From an uncultured Thermoprotei archaeon (GTDB lineage Archaea; Thermoproteota; Thermoprotei; Thermofilales; B15-G2): a stretch of 64,000 bases of DNA. Numbering within the stretch: the stretch's first letter is position 1; the number at the start of each line of letters is the position of its first letter. The stretch covers positions 32,001 to 96,000 of the forward strand of contig CBDUKN010000002.1 in the NCBI GenBank assembly GCA_965367815.1. The letters are read 5' to 3'. Of this stretch, positions 40,003 through 50,737 are shown piece by piece. The translations under genes and the position numbers were made by a program. A model generated the notes under the pieces. It worked only from the letters and a program-made list of their open reading frames with translations. It was not told the DNA's origin and searched no databases.

Positions 40003-41355
40003 TTGCTTTTTGAGTATACTTTAAGAGAAGTGATTAAGCTTGTTGTTAGAGCTAAAAAGGATGCTGATGCTTTGAAGGCGTGTTTGTCTAGGTTTTATGG
40101 AGACTGGAGTATTCCTGTATATACGCTTAAGGGGGTTCGTTCAGCTGACAAAGTTTTAGATCGTCTTAGCGAGATACTTGACGAAGAGTCTTTTATAATA
40201 GTTCTTTTGGGCAGAGAGGAGGAGTACCTTAAGAGTATTGAGGAGAATCTTCCTTTGAATGTAGTGGTTCATGTTTTGCCTAAAGCTAGGGTGAGGAATA
40301 CTAGGATTATTCAGATAGCCCGTGAAATAGAGAGGGCTAAAAGTGTTTTGAGGACATCTGTTTTCTGGGTCAATGCGTATGTTTTCTACCATAGAGTCCG
40401 TGGAGGTGTGAAGCTTAGTATAGAAAATGAGCCTGCTTACGACTTGTTTCTAGGCCTCGGTGAGAGATTTCTCGATAACTTGGAGAAAGTTCTTGGAGAA
40501 AAAATTCCCCCCATTCCTCTTTTAGTTAGGAAATTTGGAGGCGAACACTATGTTTTTTCGGGCCCAAGGCTTGTAGGTTACTTAAAAATACCTGATTTAG
40601 GGGTACCTTCAGGAGAGATTTTGTCTACTGATTTCTACGAAGTAGGTGTCGATGATTTACTGAAATCTAATGATATGTACTTAAAGCTTTTTGAGAAAAT
40701 AGCGCTTGCTCTGCTTAAGAGGCTGTCTGGATTTGATGATATAATTGTTCCGTGGAGCGCCGGGAAAGACTCTACTGCTGCTCTTTTTTTAGCGGTAAAA
40801 GCGTATGGCGTTAAGAGAATTACGGCTGTTTACGTTGATACAGGAGTAGACTTTCCCTGTAATTTAGAGTATGTGGAGAAAATGTCTAAGAGGCTTGGAG
40901 TTAGACTAGAGGTAACTGAAGCGAACATAGACAAGGCTTTGGAAGAAAAGGGGTTGCCCACAAACGAGAATAGGTGGTGTACTAAAATGAAGATAAAGGC
41001 TCTTTATAAAAAAATAAGAGAAATTTCTCGAGGTAAAACACTGATAGTAGTGGGAGATAGAGATGCTGAAAGTGAACTCAGGTCGAAGAGACCTTTTGTT
41101 AGAATTCATAAAGAATTCACGCAGGTGGCTCCTCTTAAGTTGTGGAGCGGAAGCCATGTTCAGCTATATTTGCTGAAGAACAACATTCCCTTAAATCCGC
41201 TTTACTTAGAGGGATTTTATCGCCTTGGATGCTTTATTTGCCCAGCTCTCCGCTCATGGGAAATAATGGTTCTTAAAAATAACTTGAAGCTTATTCCTCA
41301 AAGCCAGCTAGATTTATTTAACTCCTTCTTAAAGCATAGAGAAGAGCCCACATAA
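40003..41355 (+). CDS. PAPS reductase family protein
   Basis: WSAGKDST PP-loop, DTG, RWCT..K, GDRDAES..R, RLGCFICP. Confidence 0.85.
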   Translation: MLFEYTLREVIKLVVRAKKDADALKACLSRFYGDWSIPVYTLKGVRSADKVLDRLSEILDEESFIIVLLGREEEYLKSIEENLPLNVVVHVLPKARVRNTRIIQIAREIERAKSVLRTSVFWVNAYVFYHRVRGGVKLSIENEPAYDLFLGLGERFLDNLEKVLGEKIPPIPLLVRKFGGEHYVFSGPRLVGYLKIPDLGVPSGEILSTDFYEVGVDDLLKSNDMYLKLFEKIALALLKRLSGFDDIIVPWSAGKDSTAALFLAVKAYGVKRITAVYVDTGVDFPCNLEYVEKMSKRLGVRLEVTEANIDKALEEKGLPTNENRWCTKMKIKALYKKIREISRGKTLIVVGDRDAESELRSKRPFVRIHKEFTQVAPLKLWSGSHVQLYLLKNNIPLNPLYLEGFYRLGCFICPALRSWEIMVLKNNLKLIPQSQLDLFNSFLKHREEPT

Positions 41356-41366
41356 GGTAGGTCTAT

Positions 41367-42098
41367 ATGCTGTGGTTCGCTGTGCTCATGTCCGCTTTAT
41401 TCGCCTTGGGCATAGCAGCTTCAGCTCTATACTTAGTTCCAGGGCTTTTTAAGAAGCCTTTAAACAGAGTACTTGAAGTAGAGCTAGAGGACCCTGTTGT
41501 CGTAGTCTCTGATATTCATAATGACTGCTCGCTACCGCCTGAGTTTTTGAATAAAATTAAAGAAATTAAGCCGAAGGCAGTAGTTTTCGCAGGAGACCTC
41601 TTTGATGAAGCGCATAAACCCGTTTCTGTAGCCACACTTAAGAAAATGCTTGAACCTAAAGTGATGCTTCTACCCGACTCTGTGGAAAAAGTTGTTTATG
41701 TGCTTAGCTTAGCGTCTCACGATCCTATTGTTCGAGACGAAGTAATTGAATTAGAGTATTTCTCTAGGAAAGTGATTGTTATAAAGCGGTGCTTAAAGCT
41801 TTCAACGAATAGTCTTGAAGTCTACATTACTCACGGCGATATTTCATGCCCTAATGGCGCTTTAGCACATATTATTAACAGACTGGCTTCTCTTATAGGA
41901 GTAAGTCTTTTTCTAGAAAAACTACTTAAGAGGAGACTAGAGGATCGCTGCTGGCTAATTATGGGGCATACGCATATACCGGGTATTTGCCAGAAGTATC
42001 GAGTTGCAAATACTGGCTCCTGGAAAGAATATTATCGGAGAGCTTCGAAAAGCTTCGTATTGATTAACGGAGATAGAGTACAGCTTATTTTCGCGTAA
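41367..42098 (+). CDS. Calcineurin-like metallophosphoesterase
   Basis: SDIH, GDLFD, THGD, GHTH, NTGSW. Confidence 0.82.
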   Translation: MLWFAVLMSALFALGIAASALYLVPGLFKKPLNRVLEVELEDPVVVVSDIHNDCSLPPEFLNKIKEIKPKAVVFAGDLFDEAHKPVSVATLKKMLEPKVMLLPDSVEKVVYVLSLASHDPIVRDEVIELEYFSRKVIVIKRCLKLSTNSLEVYITHGDISCPNGALAHIINRLASLIGVSLFLEKLLKRRLEDRCWLIMGHTHIPGICQKYRVANTGSWKEYYRRASKSFVLINGDRVQLIFA

Positions 42099-42693
42099 TT
42101 TTCTTCGAAACATATACGCAGTAGCCTGCTTCACGGGCTATTATTTCACAGTTTCCGAAAACCTCTACCATTTTATCCATTAATCTTTTTCCTCCCTTCC
42201 GATGCCTAGCCACTAATTGAAGCAAACCTCCTTCCACTAAATGCTCGGGGGCTTCTTCTATGATTCTATAGCATATTTTGAGCCCGGCGCTTATAGGCGG
42301 GTTTGATATTATCGTATTGAATACTTCGTTTTTAACTGGCTCGTAGAGATCGCCCCACCTGACTTCAGCGTTTTTAATACTATTTATTTTAATATTCATT
42401 TTTGTCAGTTTTACTGCTCGCTTATTAATATCAGTTAACACTACATAGCCATTAGGTGCCAGTTTGGCCGCTACTAGTCCTAGAACTCCGTATCCGCAGC
42501 CTAAGTCGAGTATTTTCCAGCTATCTTCTATTATCATATATTTTGCTAAAACCTCGGTACCTTTGTCTAGTTTTTTAGCAGAGAATACCCCACTTTCGCT
42601 GACTATAGTTAGCTCTACTCCTCTCAGACATATAGTAAATTTGTATTTCTTTACTTTACTTGAAGGTATTTTAGCAAAATAGTGTTCATTCAC
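42085..42693 (-). CDS. RsmC-like small class I methyltransferase
   Basis: GVFS...D.GT, LDLGCGYG, SNPP. Confidence 0.88.
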   Translation of the reverse strand: MNEHYFAKIPSSKVKKYKFTICLRGVELTIVSESGVFSAKKLDKGTEVLAKYMIIEDSWKILDLGCGYGVLGLVAAKLAPNGYVVLTDINKRAVKLTKMNIKINSIKNAEVRWGDLYEPVKNEVFNTIISNPPISAGLKICYRIIEEAPEHLVEGGLLQLVARHRKGGKRLMDKMVEVFGNCEIIAREAGYCVYVSKKITRK

Positions 42694-42721
42694 TTCAGGC
42701 TAAGTGACTAAATAATACTAC

Positions 42722-43600
42722 TTAAATGTTTATCCAGCTTAGAATAATGTAAGTAGTAATACCCAAGAATACAGGTATAGGCAAGCCAGGGAGGGCTCTA
42801 TGTCCTTTTTCAAGAGTTTTTAACGTAATATATGCTCCGACTACAATACTTAAGGATACTAAGATAAACCTCTCTAAAGAGAATTTAGGCGAAGAAAGAG
42901 CTAGGGACATTAACATAGAATAAAAGACAATGTCTCCTAGACCTATTATAAGACCTTTAAATGAGAGAGCTATTCCGCGCAGAAAACTAGGCTCATAGGT
43001 TTCTTCCTGCACTTTTTCCTTAGACTTTATTTCGTCTACTAGTGCGCGAAGCGGTCCTTTGAAAACAGCGTAAACATCCCAGAGAGCTACAGTAGCTGCA
43101 GCGGCTAGTACCGTCCACGGAGGCAGTGTTACTCCAAACAAAGTCCCTATAGATACTCCTAAGAGCAGTGTAGAAAACGCTGCGAGGAAACCTTTCTTCG
43201 TAAATAAAACAAGGTAGGAAAAAATGACTGTAAGAACTAGTATAGTAATATTGAAGACAAGTAAGTCTACATATTCTAGTCCCAGCAGTATACAAATACT
43301 AGCTACATATATTGTTACAATACTGTAGATTGATGAAGCTACAAGAACTTTGACTATTGCCTCCAATATTTTCACTTTCTTGAATTTTATTAAGATATAC
43401 AACATCAGCGATCCTATTACTATTAATGAAAGAAGAAGCATTGTGTTATAGAGCGTCGCATAATATGTTTCTTCTTTCATAAAAGGCATTTCTACAAGTT
43501 CACTTATGTTAGAAAACACGAGGATATAAGTACATAGATAAGTGAATACACATGTAGCCACTAAAGGAACTAAATGAACTATTGAAATCTTTTTGTCCAC
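42722..43600 (-). CDS. Presenilin/signal peptide peptidase family (A22) intramembrane aspartyl protease
   Basis: Multi-TM protein with WD, GLGD and a PAL-like LPGLP motif. Confidence 0.88.
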   Translation of the reverse strand: MDKKISIVHLVPLVATCVFTYLCTYILVFSNISELVEMPFMKEETYYATLYNTMLLLSLIVIGSLMLYILIKFKKVKILEAIVKVLVASSIYSIVTIYVASICILLGLEYVDLLVFNITILVLTVIFSYLVLFTKKGFLAAFSTLLLGVSIGTLFGVTLPPWTVLAAAATVALWDVYAVFKGPLRALVDEIKSKEKVQEETYEPSFLRGIALSFKGLIIGLGDIVFYSMLMSLALSSPKFSLERFILVSLSIVVGAYITLKTLEKGHRALPGLPIPVFLGITTYIILSWINI

Positions 43601-43755
43601 AGCTCTAGTGAAAGTACCGTAATTAATATGCTTTATTCGAGCTTTGCTGATTCAATACTCCTGTTTACCTAGACCTAGAAAGTATTGTAGTTAATATGTT
43701 CAAATATATTGAGAATAACAAGTGTTAAGAGAACTAAGTGTCTTGTATAAAGTAT

Positions 43756-44136
43756 TTATTCTCCTCCTAGCAAAATGTCTCTTAGTCTTTTAGCATATGA
43801 TTTAGCATCGAAAAGCGCTAAACCTAATTTAGCTCCCGGCCTTAGTACTACCGACAAGAGCACGTCTTCAGTGACATTGGTTATTAGTATGCCTCCCTCA
43901 GTGCCTTCAATATACGTCATGACATTACGTCCTCTACCTAGCTCAGCGGCTACTCTCTCTGCTACGCTTTGAATAGCGGCTGTCATTGCAGCTACTTTAG
44001 CTTCGTCTACTTCGCTTGGAAGAGCACTAGCTATTACTAGTCCGTCTGAGCTTACTAGAGCACTTGCCTCTATGTCGCTATTTCTTCTCTCTAGATCCCT
44101 CAACGTTTTCGTCAATTCCTCAACACGGCTGCTCAA
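43756..44136 (-). CDS. Roadblock/LC7 (MglB-like) protein
   Basis: ALVSSDGLVIAS...VAAMTAA...ELG.G...KLGL. Confidence 0.9.
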   Translation of the reverse strand: MSSRVEELTKTLRDLERRNSDIEASALVSSDGLVIASALPSEVDEAKVAAMTAAIQSVAERVAAELGRGRNVMTYIEGTEGGILITNVTEDVLLSVVLRPGAKLGLALFDAKSYAKRLRDILLGGE

Positions 44137-44244
44137 ATATATTCACCCCTATTTCAATTTATGCACACTAAATTTATATGTATCGCGTTAATTAAAAAGT
44201 TTTCTTTTAGAATAAATTTATTTCCTATACTTAAAGTCGTAAAC

Positions 44245-46104
44245 CTATACTTGATTCTTAGAGCGGAAAAATAGAGAAAGCTTTTCTGAGAGTTTCTTCG
44301 GAGAGTTAACAATAAAACAGTCTTCAAGTAACTCCGGTAGAAACTTTCTTATGCTGTCTGTTAGAATCCTTTTGTCTAAAATAACGATTGCCGCTTTGTC
44401 TTTTTCTGAGCGAATAGCTCTTCCTGCAGCCTGCTTTATTTTCATTGCGGCTGGTATCGCAAAAGCATATTCCCAGCCCAAGCTCTTATTAGAGTATTTT
44501 ATTGAAATAAGCTCTTTAAGCTTCGAGTTGAAGATATCGGGTTCAGGGTAAGGTATACCAGCTATAACGACAGTTGATATCATGCTTCCGCTCTTGCTCT
44601 TAATTTCTATACCTTCGACAATTTTTCCTCCAGCTACAGCTAGTACTATTGTTTTGTTTTTTGCCTGAACAGCGTTTACAATATCTTCTATTCTCGTAGA
44701 TTCATCTTCTATTATGAGAGGATTTCCTTTTAGAAGTCTTTTGATGGGTTTAAGGAACTCGTATGAAGGAGTTACTACTAATATAGCTTTATTTTCTGGC
44801 GATACGCTGTATGCCGATAAAATATACTCACACATTCTTTCATACATCGTGTCGCTTCTCTCAGAGTACCTTGAAGTAACATCAGTTGCTACTACCACTA
44901 AACGGTTCTCTCTAGGAAATATCTCTCCTACTCTCTTCTCTCTAACTTTAGCAGAAGGTAAGCCAAGTATATCCGATAAGAATTCTTTTGGCTGAAGCGT
45001 AGCGCTCATTAAGATTCCTGCTCCCAGATTACTAAAGAGCTGCTCTAGTCTTCCTGCAGGACTAATACACCTGTACTCTAGTACTACCTCTCCTTCCTCA
45101 AGTCTCGCAGACAGAACGTATCCTCGCCTAAATTCTAAGAGAGATTTGAGGAACTTTGCTACGTAGCGCACATAGCACCGGCTTTTAGAAACTTTTTCAC
45201 TTTTTCTTTTCTCTATAGTTAAAGCCTCGGCTTCTCTCACAAAAGACTGTACGCTTCTTACTGCTGTCAGAATGTCATCTATGTTTATTGGAACTCCTTT
45301 CTCGTTTATTTTTCTCGAAAGAACTCTATAGAAAGCAAGTAAACGACTACAGTCTCTAGCTAGATCGTAGAAGTGGTATTTAGACGCCTCTTTCTTGGCC
45401 AGCCGCACTAGCCTCATAGGCATTTTGATACTCAACATGTTTGAGAGAGAAGAAGGCAGGTTATGTGCTTCGTCTACAACGAGGACTATTTTATCTAAAG
45501 ATAAACCTGTCATAGAGAAGAAACTTTGCTGTACTTTAGGATCAAATACGTAGGGGTAAGAGCCTATAATTACTTTAGCTCCTAGCTGAACTAGTCTACG
45601 GGCCGCCTCGTAGGGACAAAGATCATCAAAGCGGCACTTCTCTATAAAGTCTACAGGAGTTCGAGCTATTAAACAGTAGTCAAATAAGTCTTCTGGCTTC
45701 AGCTTCAGTACATTTGTCGAGTAGATACATCCTTGCTCTCTTTTCTCTTTACAAAATTCTAGAAATTCTTCGTAGTCCATGTGCTGCGTAGACTCAAGCG
45801 AACACATTTCCTTCTTGCTTCTAAAAAGAGAGTAGAATACATGAACTCCTTTCTTCTGGAGTAGCTTTAATTCTCTGAAGGGAGCCATGGCCTGATTCTT
45901 AGTTCTAGCAGTAAAGAAGACCTTTAGATCACTGTCCTCTATTGCAGACAATACACCGGCTAAAACAGCCGAAGTTTTACCTACACCGGTCGGCGCTTCA
46001 AGTAAAAGTATCTCGCCTTTCTCAACTGCCTTTCTGACAGCTTCAGCTATTTCTCTTTGATACTTTCTCCAAGTAGCGTAAGGAAAGTACTTTTCTAAAG
46101 ACAT
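44245..46104 (-). CDS. XPD/DinG-family Fe-S DNA helicase
   Basis: APTGVGKT, Cys cluster with CPY, DEAHN, MSATL, EGIE, QAAGRAIR. Confidence 0.9.
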   Translation of the reverse strand: MSLEKYFPYATWRKYQREIAEAVRKAVEKGEILLLEAPTGVGKTSAVLAGVLSAIEDSDLKVFFTARTKNQAMAPFRELKLLQKKGVHVFYSLFRSKKEMCSLESTQHMDYEEFLEFCKEKREQGCIYSTNVLKLKPEDLFDYCLIARTPVDFIEKCRFDDLCPYEAARRLVQLGAKVIIGSYPYVFDPKVQQSFFSMTGLSLDKIVLVVDEAHNLPSSLSNMLSIKMPMRLVRLAKKEASKYHFYDLARDCSRLLAFYRVLSRKINEKGVPINIDDILTAVRSVQSFVREAEALTIEKRKSEKVSKSRCYVRYVAKFLKSLLEFRRGYVLSARLEEGEVVLEYRCISPAGRLEQLFSNLGAGILMSATLQPKEFLSDILGLPSAKVREKRVGEIFPRENRLVVVATDVTSRYSERSDTMYERMCEYILSAYSVSPENKAILVVTPSYEFLKPIKRLLKGNPLIIEDESTRIEDIVNAVQAKNKTIVLAVAGGKIVEGIEIKSKSGSMISTVVIAGIPYPEPDIFNSKLKELISIKYSNKSLGWEYAFAIPAAMKIKQAAGRAIRSEKDKAAIVILDKRILTDSIRKFLPELLEDCFIVNSPKKLSEKLSLFFRSKNQV

Positions 46105-46219
46105 TTTATCGTACCAGCTCTGCAGGGACTCCCTCCTTATTTTGACAGAACATACTGAGTAAAATATCTTATTTAAGGAAATAGATCGCTACTTCAAATC
46201 GAGTAACTAGAACTCGGTG

Positions 46220-47377
46220 TTAAGTAGAAATAAGCGAGTTAAGCCATGCAATAAGCTTTTGGTAAGCAACTATCCTTGGTACAGCTTTTGCTCCAGGAGG
46301 CCCTGGCTTCTTCATGTAAAACGCATTCACCTCGTATACAGTGCCATATAGCCTCCTATCTAGAGCTATTTTAGCTAAACGTACTAAGTCAACAAGCAGC
46401 CCTGCAAGTGCAGGACTATCATTTATCCTCATATTCACTGTAATTTCGTCGACGAGACCATTGAATGTAATGTACTCGAGGTTGAGTGAAACAAATTTTC
46501 TGTCACCTAAAGGCTCTAAGTACCCCGTGGGCTTAATGTACGTAGGCACTTTGTATTCAAGAATATCTTCTACAACACTTGTTTTCGTGGTTTCTTTTGC
46601 TTTATTTCTCCTACTATCAGTTAGAGCTAAAAAGTCCGTATTCCCACCTATATTGTACTGAACAATGTATCTTACTCTCCTGTTCCTTTCCTTCAAGTGC
46701 TCAACTAAATCTGAGGTAAATGGAGTTGCTCCAGTAGCACAGTCGTCGCCAAAAATAATCATTCCGGATTGCCGGCAGAGCTCTAGGAAAGCCTCGTCGT
46801 TTGCTAGCAGCACAGGAATAGCATTAATGAAAGCTATAGGCTTGACTTTCTTTGAGTATAGGTAAGCTATGTAAGCATAGACTTGAGTAGCGGTCAAAGA
46901 CTCTAATTTATTCTCCACTATCGCTTTCTCTAACTCCTCTGGGCTGCCAAATACTTGTCCATGCTCAGTAGTAATCGTATTCACTACGACATCCGGCTCT
47001 AATTCCTTCCACTCAGCTAGAATTCTATCTACTGCTTCGCCAAGCCCCTTCTTCTCCTCGAGTCCATGTGCTTTAACAGGCATGCCACGTAAACTACCTA
47101 AATGTACTCCTCTTCTAATAGTAATTTTCTTAAGAGACTCGGGTACAGGAACACTGCCACCTACTAGCTTCTCCGCGACGTCATACACTGTTTTACCTAC
47201 TTTATTTTCATCAACATCATATGATGCAACAATCTCTATGTCAGAAATCTTGTAACCTAAATCGTACTCTGCTAGCGGAACACCAAAAGGCTCTATTTCT
47301 CCTAACTTTATTCTCTCGACACCCACAGAGAAATGGGAAGCACCCATACCCTGCCCTAAGACAACTACTCTGATCAT
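46220..47377 (-). CDS. ino1: myo-Inositol-1-phosphate synthase
   Basis: GDDCATGAT, QYNIGGNTDFLAL, K..TK, INDSPALAG, FYMK.P. Confidence 0.92.
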   Translation of the reverse strand: MIRVVVLGQGMGASHFSVGVERIKLGEIEPFGVPLAEYDLGYKISDIEIVASYDVDENKVGKTVYDVAEKLVGGSVPVPESLKKITIRRGVHLGSLRGMPVKAHGLEEKKGLGEAVDRILAEWKELEPDVVVNTITTEHGQVFGSPEELEKAIVENKLESLTATQVYAYIAYLYSKKVKPIAFINAIPVLLANDEAFLELCRQSGMIIFGDDCATGATPFTSDLVEHLKERNRRVRYIVQYNIGGNTDFLALTDSRRNKAKETTKTSVVEDILEYKVPTYIKPTGYLEPLGDRKFVSLNLEYITFNGLVDEITVNMRINDSPALAGLLVDLVRLAKIALDRRLYGTVYEVNAFYMKKPGPPGAKAVPRIVAYQKLIAWLNSLIST

Positions 47378-47424
47378 GTTACCACCCTATTTTATGAGAA
47401 TAAAATATTTATGAGTATATAAAA

Positions 47425-48138
47425 CTATGCTTTGATGTATCCGCAGTTTCTACACTTATACTTCTTCTCAACTTCATCCCAGTGCAAACGATGAAAACAT
47501 CGAGGACAAGAATACTCGCCTACTTCCAAAACTCCATTAAGTTTAAGAATCTTTTTAACTAAGTACTCAGTCTCGCCTGTAAGCTTAGCAATCTTCTTTA
47601 TACTATAACCTCTATTATAAAGCTCTATTATAAACTGTTTTTTATCTTCATCTATTTTATCGTATTTTCTTCTCCGAGCAATCTTCTCTTTAACATCAGG
47701 TCTCTGCAAAGCAAGCCTAGTTCTCTCACGAATCAAGTATACTTCATACTGAGCAACCCAAGCCAAAATAGCTATAATAAGGTCTCTTATCTGAGGATGC
47801 ATAATATGAGTAAACTCTTCTCTAACACTAATAACCATAATACCTTTTCTCTCGAGAGCACTCATTGTAGAAAAGATATCTCTAAAGCTTCTCCCAAGTC
47901 TATCAAGAGAATAAACCAGGAGAATTTTTATATTCGGGTGTTGCTCAAGAAAAGCTAATGCCTCCTTGAAGCGAGGACGCTCAACAGCAGAAATACTGCC
48001 AGAAATATCTTCCTCGAACTCTTTCACTATACTAAATCCTCTCGATTCAGCAAACTTATGTACAGTAATCTTCTGCTGCTCTACACTCTGCTCCTCAGTA
48101 CTCACACGATAATATGCAATACACAGGCGCTGAGACAT
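47425..48138 (-). CDS. Serine recombinase/resolvase with C-terminal HTH and zinc ribbon
   Basis: YYRVSTEEQ catalytic Ser motif, SG...RP, LDRLGR, IRERT; CPRC...CRNC. Confidence 0.88.
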   Translation of the reverse strand: MSQRLCIAYYRVSTEEQSVEQQKITVHKFAESRGFSIVKEFEEDISGSISAVERPRFKEALAFLEQHPNIKILLVYSLDRLGRSFRDIFSTMSALERKGIMVISVREEFTHIMHPQIRDLIIAILAWVAQYEVYLIRERTRLALQRPDVKEKIARRRKYDKIDEDKKQFIIELYNRGYSIKKIAKLTGETEYLVKKILKLNGVLEVGEYSCPRCFHRLHWDEVEKKYKCRNCGYIKA

Positions 48139-48368
48139 TCTCCTTTAACACACGTTAGAGAAATATAGGTCTTTAGCGCCAATACCCCAACTATTACAGA
48201 AGACCATTAGAAAACTGCCTCACCATCGGTACATATGGTCAAAATGTAGCAAAATAAATTATTCTATACAGAAAAACACTACATTCTACTACATACACAA
48301 AAAGAAAACTGTTCTCTAGATAGAACTAAAAAACAAATATTTTAAACAAAGATACAGTAAAACATGAT

Positions 48369-48905
48369 ATGAGCAAAACAGTTTTCACTATAGCTATCAT
48401 TATCTTAGGTGCCGTAGTATTACTAGTCATCGGAGGTATAGCAGTAGCTCTTCTATTCACACAAACATCAACACAGCCCTCGACAAAAACAGTAAACGAA
48501 AAAATATGGACTATAAAAATCTACGATTTAGAAGGAAAAGCTGTAGATCTAAGTAAATACAAAGGCAAAATACTAGTAATAGACTTCTTCGCAACATGGT
48601 GCGGACCATGCGCAAAACAGCTTGAAGAACTCAAAAAACTTCTAGCTAGCCGCAGCGACGTACACATAGTTTCCATAAGCATATCTCCCGGTACAGATAC
48701 TCCAGAAAAACTCAAAAAATATGTAGAAGACCATAAAATAACATGGCCAGTTTACATAGATAAGAATAGAAGCATGACCAAACTATTCAGTATAAGCGCG
48801 GTTCCAACACTAGTAATAATAGGCCCTAGCGGAAAATACATTATACGAGTAGGGCTCACAAATCATAAAACCTTAAATGAACTAATAAACAAGGTTAAAG
48901 ACTAA
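48369..48905 (+). CDS. TlpA-family thiol:disulfide oxidoreductase
   Basis: N-terminal TM; DFFATWCGPC; AVPT. Confidence 0.9.
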   Translation: MSKTVFTIAIIILGAVVLLVIGGIAVALLFTQTSTQPSTKTVNEKIWTIKIYDLEGKAVDLSKYKGKILVIDFFATWCGPCAKQLEELKKLLASRSDVHIVSISISPGTDTPEKLKKYVEDHKITWPVYIDKNRSMTKLFSISAVPTLVIIGPSGKYIIRVGLTNHKTLNELINKVKD

Positions 48906-49131
48906 CTTAACTTTCCAAGAAACCTCTCCTACAAAAGGTATTCAACTATCCTTAATTCAATATCCTAATGAAGAACATGCAAAAGTATCTCAAGAAACTC
49001 CTCCTCCCTATTTTGGACACGAATAATAATTTTCGTCAAAGAATATTCATTAAATAGCTAAAATACTTTATATTTCTTAATAATAAGCCATATAATTAAA
49101 TATTTAAGCTCTAAAACACAAATTTTAATAT

Positions 49132-49585
49132 ATGAATAGAAAGTTTATAGCTATACTCATAGTAGCTCTACTGATAGCAATAGTATTCCTATACACACAT
49201 ACGAACTACTTTTCATTAAAAACATTTTCTTCTAAATCTAAAAAATAAATCATGCAAATATGAATTAAAAGAATTAAAGAAATTATTATCATAATTCAAT
49301 AATATTTACATAGTTTCAATCGATGTAGCACCTGCTGTAGATCCTCCTGAAAGATTAATGAAATACATTAAAGAGAGTAATATAACATGGCCAGTTTACA
49401 TAAATAAAAAAGGAGATTTAGTGATATTGTTCAAAATAGCTGCATTACCGACATTAGTGATTATAGAACCTATAGGAAAATATGTAGTCAAAGTAGGTTA
49501 TGTAGAATATAGTGAATTAATAAAATGTATTAATTATGTTAAGGAATATAATAGAAATAATTATTTTTGGCATTATTTTGAGTGA
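49132..49585 (+). pseudogene. Decayed tandem paralog of the TlpA gene
   Basis: TM leader MNRKFIAILIV..., then CKYELKELKKLLS*FNNIYIVSIDVAP...ITWPVYI...LPTLVII; WCxxC region lost; internal stops. Confidence 0.75.
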
Positions 49586-49784
49586 GAATATTGTACTCAC
49601 TTAAATAGATGTCCTTCGTTTTTCCTAAAAGAGTGAGTAGGGAGGTCCTCGCTTCGAGGTGCATCGGGCTTATTTAAATTTAATTGAATTATTTTTAAGA
49701 TACTTTTATAGTTTAGAATACTGTTATTTATCTTAGAGCCCTGAGTCGCCAAACATATTATTTGAGCATATTTTCTTTCGCGTA

Positions 49785-50675
49785 GTGAGAATAGCTGCTG
49801 TTAGCGACATTCATCACCCGGCTTCAACTATTCTAGTTAAGCTGGCTCAAGTACTGCGTAAGAGCGAAATCGACTTAATTGTTTTCGCAGGCGATGTAGT
49901 GAACTGGGCCGATGAGAAGTACTTCAAGAAGCTGTTGAAATTTATTAGAAGATTCTTTAAAGGGCCTCTTTTAGCTGTTTCAGGCAATCATGAGCACTGG
50001 CTTAGCGGTAGAGAAAAGAGAAGGGGGTTAACTAGTATCGAGAAGCTGAACAAGCTAGCTAAGCTTTACGAAGAATATAACGGAGTACTACTAGATGTAA
50101 AGGGTCCCTGCAGAATAGGAGACCTGTATGTTGTAGGTGTAGTAGGCTGGTATAACTATAGTTATGCTCAAGGTTTAGGGTTTACTGAGAAAGATTTCGA
50201 GAACTGCAATCCTTGAGGCTATAGTCTCCACAAGCTTGAAATAAAGGAGAAACGGGGGATAGGCTCTTGCCCATCGTGGTTTAGAGACTGTCTGTACGTG
50301 GAACTGAGTATGTCTGCTAGAGAATATGCTGAACTAAATGCGAGAAAGCTTAGAGACCAATTGGTCCGCGCGGGATCTCGTAGAAGTATTGTCATGCTTC
50401 ATCACTGTCCTCGAAGAGACCTCATTAAGTACACGGGTAATCGTTATGAAGACTTTTACTTAGCTTATGCGGGTCACCAGAAATTAGACGATATTATAAG
50501 GAGCTGTGGGAAAGTTTTCCTAGTGATTTATGGTCACTTACATGAAAAAGCTCTTGAGCCTACAGCTCAGAAGAATGGACTTACTTATGTTAATCCCTAT
50601 CCTCTGTACCCCTTGCTGAACAGGAAGATAACTCTGATTGAAGTTGATGAATATAAGGGAAGGTATTGTCTATAG
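49785..50675 (+). pseudogene. Metallophosphoesterase interrupted by one in-frame TGA
   Basis: ORFs 49785..50216 and 50298..50675 share a reading frame (CNP*GYS...). SDIH, GD and GNHE lie before the stop; HH and GHLH lie after it. Confidence 0.8.
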
Positions 50676-50737
50676 AATTTGTGTAGACTATTTCGTAGGG
50701 ACAGGTTTCGAAGATCTTAAGTAGCGCACTTAAAGTA

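Noticed and set aside
47425-48138. Complete IS607/IS200-family element
   Set aside because: The domain order differs from IS607 TnpA, and there is no tnpB and no recognisable ends.
49580-49670. Short hairpins (AGTGAG/CTCACT; CCTCG-CTT-CGAGG)
   Set aside because: They are too short to distinguish from chance and have no associated repeat or element end.
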